Shown: positions 26,085 through 36,455 of the stretch, piece by piece
How the letters are laid out: each line of letters starts with the position of its first letter
Numbering within the stretch: the stretch's first letter is position 1
Assembly: GCA_000934665.2 (NCBI GenBank)
Contig: KZ538751.1
Location: forward strand, 1 to 49,932
Length of the DNA: 49,932 nucleotides
Reading direction: 5' to 3'
Source: Catajapyx aquilonaris
Lineage: Eukaryota
Notes under the pieces: model-generated
Databases searched by the model: none
What the model was told of the DNA's origin: nothing
The model's input: only the letters and a program-made list of their open reading frames with translations
Position numbers and translations under genes: made by a program

Positions 26085-29000
26085 GTAGGCATTTCACGGT
26101 GCAATTCATGCTGTCTGCTTGTAGCAAGGTCTTGGGGTTCCTAATCTCTCATCTCTCTATCTTGTTTTTTGATTTCCCACCTTTTCTTTATTGGGTTTGT
26201 TTTCCTTATGATTTTTCTTAATCTCCACCTCCTTCCTCACCTCTTGATCACCTCCTGGGTTGTTCACTTTTCATGGGTTTGGACTAGTAGGATGGCTAGT
26301 AGCTGTAGACTCTTAGGCCCTGTTAGACTTTGTTTCTCTTGGGTTTCACAGTGGCTCTTCCTGTTCCTTGCTCCTCCTCTTTCTGCTTACTCATCTGCTT
26401 CAACTCTAGCACTCTTTAAGTCTCACTAGGCAACAAAACTGTACGTTTTGCCTCCTGTGAAACGTCCATTCCATCTCCTGACAAACCTCCCACCTTCTGA
26501 CCAACCACCTTTTTTTGGCACTTCTCTGGAGCCATGGCATTGCTGCAGCCTTCAAAGGCCGCAGGACTAACAACTGTTTTTCAGCTAACCAAATTGCAAA
26601 TGCTTTTTTACTACATTTTGATTCCTACACTCATCATGTGCATTTGTCAAGTGTCAAAACAGCATGGTGAACTGACACACCAGTGTGTTGACATATTGGC
26701 TCCAAAAATGATTCTCGCTGCAGTTGAGACTTGTGCCTGCTTGGGCGCCCAGAGTAGCATTTTATAAAAATGTATCCTTTCTGTCACAACTGGCAGCAGC
26801 AATCTGGTAGAAAATTTGAAAATCAGTACATCATGCTCAGCAGCTGCTGTAACATGCAATTGTTCTCGGGAACCAGGCAGGGATCTGCTCCAAGAGTTGC
26901 CATATGCTACATCCCCCTCCACCACCCTTTTGCCGACACCCAGCAACCTCTTCCCAGCATCCATCACCACCTTTTGCTGCCTTCTAGCTTGGCACTGACA
27001 AGCCTGAGCGCAGCTCAGTGTCCAACCATCATGCGGCCCAAATCGGCATTGCGACTTCACTGCCCCAGCTCTTCCTGCTAGCCAGCGCCACATGCTTTGC
27101 TCACTATACTCTTTCGGTACAAGGGCTCTTGTTTGAACAATGTAATCGATTCCTAACAGCGTTGCAGACGAGGCTGTTGTTTAAGAGAGTGCTCAATTAT
27201 GCCATGTATGAATTTTTCTCTTCCTGGATCTGAGTGCTGAAAGTGACACCAATAATGCGATACCTAGTTCAAAGAAAATATTTGTTCATTCTGTCTGGTG
27301 GATAATTGTGTCACGTGTCTGCAACAAGTCAGCTGAAATTACATTGTGACTGCATGAGTGTCTTGACAGTAGTCTTGTCCCTTCCTGCGTCCATTGTGCC
27401 CCGGACTGCAATTGGCATTTATCCCCCTGCCCCCCTTTTCATTGGCATTTGGGAACCCTGGGTTGTAGTACACCACACTGCACAGACGTCGTAGCACTGT
27501 TGCTGTTGCCCACGAAGCAGACCGTGGCCACAAACCAAAAGTGCGGCTTCCCTCTCCCATAACCTAATGCCCCCAACACCATGCGTCGCCGTTGCTTAAA
27601 CTCTCTTCCCAAACAAAACCAAATGGCGTGAGAAAGGTATACAACAAAAAACATGGACAGCAGTGAAGAATGCAAAATTGACTCAAGAGTGAACAGAGAA
27701 AAGCCAATGTGCGATCAGGGGAAGCCACTCTAATTTTGCCATTAATGGATTTGTCGAGTGAGGAGGTAATATGTAGACAATGTTAATGACCCTAAACACT
27801 GAGTAGGTTAGACTTTGTTAAGAAAAATTATAGTCCAATTTTAAAGAAGAGATCAGAACTTTAAATGCTTTTATTAATGGATGCAAAGTATGGAAGGTAG
27901 GTTCATTGATGGCAGTTTTTTCAGAATATGATACGATCACCTAGGTCGGAAGAGCAGTTGTGGAGATGTTATGACTCCCTCTTTTTCTTTCAGGGTAAGT
28001 AGTGGAGGCACAGGGGATGCAGTGTAACGTATCTTACAATCATGTACAACTTATGGTCCTCTTGACTTAACTTGTTTTTGTAGATTTCTCTCAATGTGTT
28101 TTGGACTTATGAAACTGTGTGTGCACGAACCAAACCTCATAACAACTGGAGGTGCATGGTTGCTTGTAGCATTAATCTTCGATTGGGTACTGTAAATCTG
28201 GAAAGTAATGTTCTGTATCATTATGAATGACAGGAGCGTTTGAAACATACTACAGTCATTCAGTCCCAGGTGGTATTGTAGTAGATATACTGTGAATCCA
28301 CAGTTTTTCTCATCTGTAATACTTCTTGTGTGATTGCATGAAACTGGTAGAAATTTTGAGCACCAGTACAATTTTTGGGACAAATTGTGTGCCCTGTGAT
28401 TGATGTCTGGTGACTTCAAGTTCCCTTTTTAATGTCAAATGTTGATATTTCATACATCTTATGCATGATGTAAATTGAAAATTAACTACTATGACATGTT
28501 TCAATAATGTATAAATATATTATTTCTGTAATATCAAGCGTGAAGTTACATTGATGTTCTTTACTGACTTGATGAGGTATGAGTCACTTGGATAGTACTA
28601 ATGTGAAGTATGATAATGTGTGCAACTCAAAAAAGTCTAATTGTGGGTGCTGTTGTAAACGAGGCTCTTGGGAGGCGTTTTGATAAGGTGAATAGCCAAA
28701 TACACACAACCATTCTGAATTAGTGATAGGTCCAAATTCTGTCTGCTTATAATCATACATAGAGTTGTGTGATCAAAGCTGTTGTGCGTGTTTTGAATAA
28801 AACGCTAATGGCCTACATTACCATTATAAAGAGAGGCGTCAGGGGCGAGCTGACTGTAACCTGGGGACTGATACATAATAATAATAGTCGTGTGTGGATA
28901 TTTTGGATGATGCAAGGTTTCATGAAGAAGAGTGTTGTTAATCAATGGTAATGCCAAAATGGAAGTGAATGTGGGTATTCAATTCTAATTGCACTCTTTC

Positions 29001-30132
29001 AGGCCTTACCTCGTATGGCTATGATAATGGCATGTTCCGTCTTAACACTAATCTCGATTGCTTTCTTTGCTTTCCAGTGCATCTGCCCAATTCAGAAGAG
29101 AATGGGAATGTTTATTAACAAGATTTTCCCCTGTGCCTCTGCACTTAGGTAGGATGCAAGTGGCATATGTATTTCCCAATGCAGTAATGATGACTTTTCA
29201 GTACTTCAAGCACAGTAATATTGTCCTTCATATTCTTGCTGAACTGTTCCTTTCATGTCAGTCCTATTTCACATATCTTTTCTCTTAACTCTCTTTACAA
29301 CTGAATCTCAGAGGCAACGAGTTGAAACATTGCGTAGGGATCAATGGCAATAATTTACCTGTAAAGTTTAGACCTTTTTTTTGGGGGTCCTTCATGAATA
29401 CAACTTCCAATTTTTGTATGTGTGATACAGTCACTTCAGACAGCTATATGATATTTACTTTTGCAACCGCTTTAATTTTTTTTAAATGTGATGTCAGTGC
29501 CGGATTGGTGGTGTCCCCCATTACCTTGCTTTTCAGGTATCATGCATGCTGTGCTACAATGACTTGAGTAATGTAGGTTTGTGGATCACAGTTCTGTTAC
29601 TTTGAGCAAGTGGCCTTTCTCTTAGATATCACATGCACCACTTCATAGCTGGATAAAGTCATGCGCGCATTCTTGTGACAGTCAAAGCCCCCAGTGTTGC
29701 TTTTCTTCAGTATCTGTTTGCCGATTGATGAAATGCTTCTGCTTCGAGAGCAGACTGAAAGTTGCTAGGCTCAGCAGTAGTGGATCTCAGCTCCTTGATT
29801 TGGATGTGCCTTTTAAAATTGGTTAGAAATGAAGTGTGAACCGCCATGTATATCTCGGTGTGCTAGATCCACCACTGACAGCTGCTCTTTTTTTTTTTTT
29901 ACGTCCCCCTCGACCCTCCCGCACCAATCACCACTGCTACAGTTAGAACTGCAAGGCCTGTCTCAGCGTAACAGCCAGAGCTGCATGATCCACATGTTCT
30001 TCCTCATTCTGTGATCACACTAGATTTCATTCAGTCGTTGCTCCGTTTGTGCCATCCAAAGCAGTTTACTGGTGTTGTGGTTATTGTTACTGTGGTAACC
30101 AGTGCTTTTTGTGAGGATAGGTCCCATCAGAG

Positions 30133-30289
30133 GCCACAATGTTTTTTCTTTTTTTAATTACAACCTCTTTTTTTTCGTCTCTTCCGGATTAATTATTGCC
30201 TTTTGATTATTTTTCTGATTTGTTGTGCTCATTTTCTTCCCACTCGGGCCTCCCTGATGCTTGGCTGCTTGCGTGCCTGCTACTAATAG
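30133..30289 (+). promoter_or_regulatory. AG-exclusion zone with YGCY cluster upstream of the 78-nt cassette exon (putative Muscleblind response element)
   Basis: No AG from 30133 to 30287. YGCY at 30197, 30226, 30258, 30266, 30274 and 30278. The pyrimidine tracts are displaced upstream (30142-30242). Confidence 0.65.
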
Positions 30290-30367
30290 CCCGTTTCCGT
30301 CGCAACCGTTGCCGGCGTGGAAGTGGGGAAGAAACGCGGCCGTGACCCTAGCGATGACATACTACTG
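30290..30367 (+). CDS. mbl: Muscleblind 78-nt cassette exon with basic NLS-like motif
   Basis: tag|CCC...CTG|gtacca, phase 0/0. Translates PVSVATVAGVEVGKKRGRDPSDDILL. It is a GC-rich island in AT-rich intron and sits just before the KRPA exon, like vertebrate MBNL1 exon 5. Confidence 0.8.
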
Positions 30368-33183
30368 GTACCATAATGCTTTGCATGTCACTCCTTTTTG
30401 TTTTTTTTGTTTTTTTTATATACAAAAAGTAGGAGTAGAGGTGTAGTGTAATGCAGGGTCACATGACATCACCTATGGATTGCAACTTTTGTTTTTTCAT
30501 TTTTTAAATTTTCCAATTGGCCTTTGCAGAACTTGTTCTGAGTTGTTCAGTACTTGCCACTAGTCAACTCTGTGTCACTCACCAACTTGTGAACTACGGG
30601 CAGGCTGACATTTAAAATACAAGTATAAACTCTAAGACTCAATTATCCTGCCATCCTACGGACGACAGTACTGATGAGTACTGAATGCCTGTCTCAACAA
30701 TCAGCCTTCATGATATACTGACGATTGGGAGTCACAGTTTGGTAGCCTCTTGCAGAGATTTGGTTTTTAAAATGTGATTTAATTTGGTGACAGTCTCGTA
30801 TATCCAAAATTGGGGACATCTTGGGGACCTATTTTATTGCTTATTGTGATTTTATTTTTGATTATTTGTATGGAAAAGCATGGCTACCAGCATTGCCCAT
30901 GATTACTCATATGACTACCGGCATATGCAGTAGATATAAAATTATATGCTTATGACATGTACATGCAAACGTTAGGCACTTTCAGATAGTGCAATTCCTA
31001 GACCAGATTTGTTAAAAGCTGTGTGCACCATGGATAGGTAAATATATTTGGTGAGTGATTCAGTATGAAAGCATGCCTGGAAACATTTGTCGGATCTCCC
31101 GAGTTAGTGCTGCCATTTTATTACCTCACTTATTTCACATAATGTAGGGAAAAATCCATTGCATCTTTAGAGATGACGTTCATGTCATGTGATCTTACCC
31201 CCTTTACATGATATTATTTATTGCACAAGCATTCTTTTTGAGTGAAGCTTAGTGAGTGTCACTGAACCAAAAAAAAAAGGCATTTGTTTATTTACTTTAT
31301 ATTTAAGCTTAACCAAAGTAGCAATGCTGTTTCCTTGAAGGATGTTGGTAGTGGTACTAGCCGCATGCAAGTCAATCCAGTTTTTGCGGTGAGATTCTCA
31401 GCTTCACCACCATTACACCTGCTGCTGTGCATTTGACACAAAGTACTGTATCTCGTAGATATTTGGGTGCTTCTGATTCTCAGTCTATGGTTAGGGGTCA
31501 CAGTGTTTCTCTCTTTCTTTGCATGATAGGCCAGCTTCCAAATTGCCACGTACGGGAAATACAGAAAAATAATAATTGCACATAGCGGCTGCCATATCTC
31601 AAGCATAATCCTGGCCCATTTCCTCACACTCCTGCCTTTCACTGCCTTGGCCATCAAAATTAAATTAATTCGCTCTGTGATGAATTGCGTGAGGAGCAGA
31701 AGGAAATCAGCGGACCACAATGCATGTAATGCTTCTTTCTCTTTCCTGATATTTTTATTTCTTTTTTGGAAAAAAAGAAAAGAAATCTGCCTTCATTTGT
31801 GATTTTGATGCTATTGTAGTCACCAGACAGCAGTAATGCTGCGGTGATGGATTCAGTTGCCTTGACCTGTTGTCTTCTCTTCCGAACCTGAAACAATTCG
31901 TGTCAGTGTTATATTGACTGATTTTCAGTTTGGCTGTGCTTTTTGCCATTGTCTTTCCCCCCCTCAGTGCCTACCGAACTACGCGGAAGTTTGTTACTTA
32001 GAACTTCATGTTTGCTGTTTTGTTTGTGCCCAATGAAGTGATTATTGTGAGCTAGGTAAATTGTTTTTGCTTCATGGTTGCACTTTTCCATTCTTTATTA
32101 GGACACTGCCATCGACCCACCTAAATGGTGCATAATTTTGATATTATTCGCCTATAAATTATGGCAAATATGTAAGTGTGTAGGTTGTACCTGGTGAGTA
32201 TGTGTTATTTTTATTCGTGGTGTTTCAGTATGCAACGAGTTACTATTCACTGATACATAATTTACCAGTATAACTTGAATCCATTGTATTTGTTCCAAAA
32301 ATGATGATATTTTCAGCTAGTAAATGCTTTTCAAGTAGGGAATAGGAGACCAGGTTGTTACACTTGTACAACTCTGTTTTAGCTTAATAATTAGGTCCTT
32401 AATTCCTACTGTTAAGTTGCTAGTTTAGAGAGAGAGAGGAAAAAAGTTGTGTATTTTCTTTGCCACTACTTACTGTGTCGTGTGATTTTATGTGTGGTGA
32501 AGACACATGAATATATGTGTAATTAGGCTGTTGCAATTTTAGGGTACATGCATAAATCTCCGAGTTATTAGTGCATGTCAACTAATGATTGCATAGGACA
32601 TCCAATTTGTCATCTAATGTGTGCATCACATGCATTTTGGCCAAGCTTCTGCCTCATGGGGCTTGTGGGGCAGGTGTGTAAATAATTACCCATGACCCAG
32701 TTTACCACCAATGACTACCACCCTGTAACATGACTAGTAAAAATGTTTGACTGTCACATTTGTTTCATGCAGGAATTGTTTTTCGCTGGTAATTAACAGC
32801 GTCCCATAAATTGGCGGTAAGTGCATTGAAATAACTGTGACCAACGATGTTGCTTTTCTTTTTTTTTCTTGGTCATCGTCATCACAGCAGCAGCGTCAAG
32901 ATATTTGTACCAAATTATGTGTGAAGTTGGATTATTACATTACACAGAAGTAGGTTATGATTTACCTAGTAAGAGGAGATGAACTGCATGTCTCCAGACA
33001 AATACTTGTTTTTTTTTCCTTTTTCTATTGTTTATGGAGCATCAGAAAGGAAGACGTGCAGTTTTCCCTGTAGGACATAGGTTAGTGTGTAGCTTGTGCA
33101 TAGAATGCGAAAGAGTTGTGTAATGTGTGAGAGCGGAGGCTATTGGCAGAGGGGCAGATCTGTAACATGGTCGTTCCTTGCAG

Positions 33184-33310
33184 GCCTTTCCAGGCATGGT
33201 GCCATACAAGCGGCCGGCAGGGGACAAGTCAGGAATGCCAGTGTACCAGCCCAATGCCACCGCCTACCAACAGCTGATGCAGTTGCAGCAACCGTTTGTG
33301 CCCGTGTCAT
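33184..33310 (+). CDS. mbl: Muscleblind KRPA exon, short form using the internal donor
   Basis: cag|GCC...TCAT|gtgagt, 127 nt, phase 0/1. Translates AFPGMVPYKRPAGDKSGMPVYQPNATAYQQLMQLQQPFVPVS. Confidence 0.92.
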
Positions 33311-34329
33311 GTGAGTACCAAGGAGGCGCCTCCTCCTCCTCCGCAACTTCCACCCCCACCCCTGCGGCCCTGCAGCTGGACTCTGTTGTGCCCGCCCCCC
33401 ACCACCAACAACTACAGCAACTACACCACCAGCTACCTACCCCGTCCGCTTACACTGCACAGCAAAACAACTTCGCAGCTGTTGCCACTTCCTCATCCTC
33501 CGACAGCCCGTCTCCAACCCATGTCAAAAATGATAAAAGTGATAATCCTGAGATATCCACTGCAGTTACTGTGGCTAGTGGGACCACCACCAGTTCCACC
33601 TCCTCTTCCCCAGTGCTGACTCGCAAGGTGAAGGACACGGTGCCACCCCCTCCTCCTCCTCCACCCCCGCCACCTCCCCTTCCCCCAACCTCTTCTTCTT
33701 CTGCCCTTCTAATGGGAATGCGGCCTGCCACTTACCCACCAACAATCAACCCTGTGACTGTCCTCTCCTACACAGGCGTAGCTCTCAACAAACAGCCAAT
33801 GGTGGCTGCTCCTCCTCCACACCACCAGCAGCACCACCACCATCCAGCTGTCGCTGCTCAGTACCCATTCTTTGCAGCGGCGGCTGCTGGCTTGCCACAG
33901 GGTGCGGCTTTCCCCTTGCATGCTGCCCATAGTTTCAATCATCAGGCCCATCAGGCAGTATCTGCTGCAGCCTACCCCCACCACTCCCACCCAGCAATGG
34001 CCAACTCTGCGGCTGCAGCTGCTGCTGCGGCCGCGGCTGCTTTGGCCAATGCTCAGAGGCCGGCCAATGCTGCTTTGATGCCCCAGTTCGGGGCAGCCGG
34101 ACTTGGGGCAATGGGCATGGCTCACCCACAGATGAGCCAGCAGATGGCTGCTGCTGCGGCAGCTGCAGCTGCACATGCACATCACCAGGCAGCAGCACAG
34201 CAGGCCGGCCTCATGAATAACTTCTTGAGTCAGTATCCCTTGGGCACCACTGCCACCACCACCAACAACAACAACCTTCTCCTTCTAAATGCTAATGTCC
34301 AGCCTGCCAAGCGCATGAAAACTATGTGA
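33184..34329 (+). CDS. mbl: Muscleblind long terminal exon (donor at 33311 unused): low-complexity Ala/Pro/His/Ser tail ending PAKRMKTM*
   Basis: The frame stays open for 381 codons (ORF track 33178-34329). Contains poly-P, poly-A, SYTGVALNKQ and a basic C-terminus. Confidence 0.88.
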   Translation, partial: AFPGMVPYKRPAGDKSGMPVYQPNATAYQQLMQLQQPFVPVSCEYQGGASSSSATSTPTPAALQLDSVVPAPHHQQLQQLHHQLPTPSAYTAQQNNFAAVATSSSSDSPSPTHVKNDKSDNPEISTAVTVASGTTTSSTSSSPVLTRKVKDTVPPPPPPPPPPPPLPPTSSSSALLMGMRPATYPPTINPVTVLSYTGVALNKQPMVAAPPPHHQQHHHHPAVAAQYPFFAAAAAGLPQGAAFPLHAAHSFNHQAHQAVSAAAYPHHSHPAMANSAAAAAAAAAAALANAQRPANAALMPQFGAAGLGAMGMAHPQMSQQMAAAAAAAAAHAHHQAAAQQAGLMNNFLSQYPLGTTATTTNNNNLLLLNANVQPAKRMKTM

Positions 34330-36455
34330 GGAGGATGAGGAGGGTTGCGGCAACCAGCCGGGGAAAGCCTGAAAATCCTTCCCAGTACACACACATACAC
34401 GTACATATACATGCCCATCCACCCCCGATCCACGTTGTGTTTTTTTTATGCGACTCTGGTGGTGGTAGATGCAAGTCTTTTTTAAACATTTTGTGGGCAG
34501 GCCCAGTGCAGTGACCAAAAAAGAAATTCCAACAGAAGTAGGGTGAGAGAGGCTCGCCCTTCCCAGACGCACCTGACGTTATTTTTTTGCACCCTTGCTT
34601 TCTGCATTTCTTTCATAAGAGCCACTAGGCACTCACCCAGTTTTATAAAATCTTATTACCTGTATATGCACACACCAAGCTGTTGTGTGGGAAAGGTGCT
34701 TTGGCGGGCGTGTGATGGACCAAGCTGTAATTTGTTTTTTTCTTTCTGTCTAACAATCATTGTCGTCCCCCCTGGACCCCCAATCTCCAAATGATTCCAT
34801 TGCCTTAAGCACACGTCTTCCAGAGTGTGTTTCTAAGGGGAGTGAAAAATTGACAAAACGTTGTAATGCCATTGTAACAAAAGGGAGTCAGAAGCATTTA
34901 AAGAGATTTGAACAGGTGCGTTTCCGAGGGCGAGCCTGCTGGGCCGTGTCACACCTTTGCATAACAATGCTAGATGTTTGACATCTAGTCACATTTTAAA
35001 ATTCCAAGTCACAAAGTTTATCATTTGTAAACAAAAATGTTGTGAAAGTATTAATATTTTTTGTAGCTAATCTAAAATAGTACTGTGATGTGTTAGTGAA
35101 GAAAACACTAAAATATATAATATATATTATATATATAATAATATCTATATTCCTATGTCATGGTCACTATTATAGATTTTAGTTGAAAGATTGTTTTGAC
35201 ACTGACAAGATTTTTATCCTTGTTGACAATTGAGGGGAAAAAAAGGAAAAAAAAAAAAGCGAGAAGAAGTAAGCATTTTTGTGCAGTTTCGCTCCCAGTG
35301 ATGTTTACAAAACTAGATTGCAAAGCGGAAGGAAAATGATGATAACTGATTGGGTATGGGGAGACCAAGTGTCGCTTTTGTTGCTTTCCTGGTGCATTCA
35401 ATTTTTCCGCAATTGTAGTCCAGTGCAAGGTGCAAGAAAAGGTGGTGGGTTCTATCCCACACTAGCCTGCGTTTGCATGCTGCTGTTGGGCTCCCACTTA
35501 AGCCAGGCAGATTTTAAAAAGCTTCCAACATTTTCCAGCTAAAGTACAGCTGTGATTTTGCTTGGCATATTATATTGGTTGTATTGTTGAAGTTGTACCT
35601 CTGTAGTGCCAAAGTAGTGTCAGCTGTTTTTTTAATTCCTATTATTATTATTATCATTCTTATTATTATCACCATTATTGACTTTTTATCACGTATATTA
35701 GCCTATTGCAAAATAAAAATCATGTGGAAATTTGATGAATACATGATGTAGAATTAAGCGCATCTACCAGTGATAAATCATAACCTTATTGCTAGGGTGA
35801 TGCAATATTTTAATCCACGGATTATGTAACCGATAACCGAGTTAATAGGAGCCCCCTTTTGCTGTAGCAAAATAATGCAGTGGCGAGGATTTTTCCACTG
35901 TGTTGCCATACCCAAATGATGGCTCTGACCCGAATCTGTGACAGACAACCTCGTTTTAATGTACTTAATTTTATAATGCTATTTTTTTTAATTTTCTCTT
36001 TCCACACTGAAAATAACCTGCAATCGAGTTTTATGAAATCTTTTAAATCGCATGCCTGCCATTTCTAATTTGAGATAGATGTTGTACGTAACAGTAACTA
36101 GGCATATTAATCAGTACTGTTAGTGTACAGTAATTTTTTATTACTTTAGCAATCATAATACACAAAGAGTACAATTTGTAGCATGCAGGGTTTGTAAATA
36201 GTAGGCCATAATATTAGTGTATCAGTTGCACACTTGGCGACCGAACGTGTTAATATCATTTTAGTAAACAAATAGTAGGTAATCGCGAGAGAGCCTTTGG
36301 GATACAAGAATAATGTTAAATATATGTTACGTTTAGTTACATTGCATTAGACATGCGTACAATAGGATGTTGATAGCTATTGTTGTGACCAATGATGTCA
36401 TTTTACTACAAACATTCGCAATGATAGTCCATGACTTTGCTGCTTTTTGAATAAA
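34330..36455 (+). other. mbl: Probable 3' UTR of the long-tail isoform, with candidate polyadenylation signals
   Basis: AT-rich sequence after the stop. AATAAA at 35712-35717 and 36450-36455, and a Pumilio-type TGTAAATA at 36193-36200. The true end is unknown. Confidence 0.45.

Noticed and set aside
12017..26761. Exact 17-mer GCGCCCAGAGTAGCATT at 12017 and 26745
   Set aside because: The match does not extend and has no functional context; probably chance or a repeat remnant.
26988..27116. Possible phase-0 exon LGTDKPERSSVSNHHAAQIG...
   Set aside because: The acceptor is plausible but the donor (tcg|gtacaa) is weak and the peptide resembles nothing I recognise in Muscleblind.
33450..34433. 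Antisense and alternative-frame ORFs over the long exon, and likewise 25587-26039 and 41519-42010
   Set aside because: Shadows of GC-rich, low-complexity coding sequence on the + strand.
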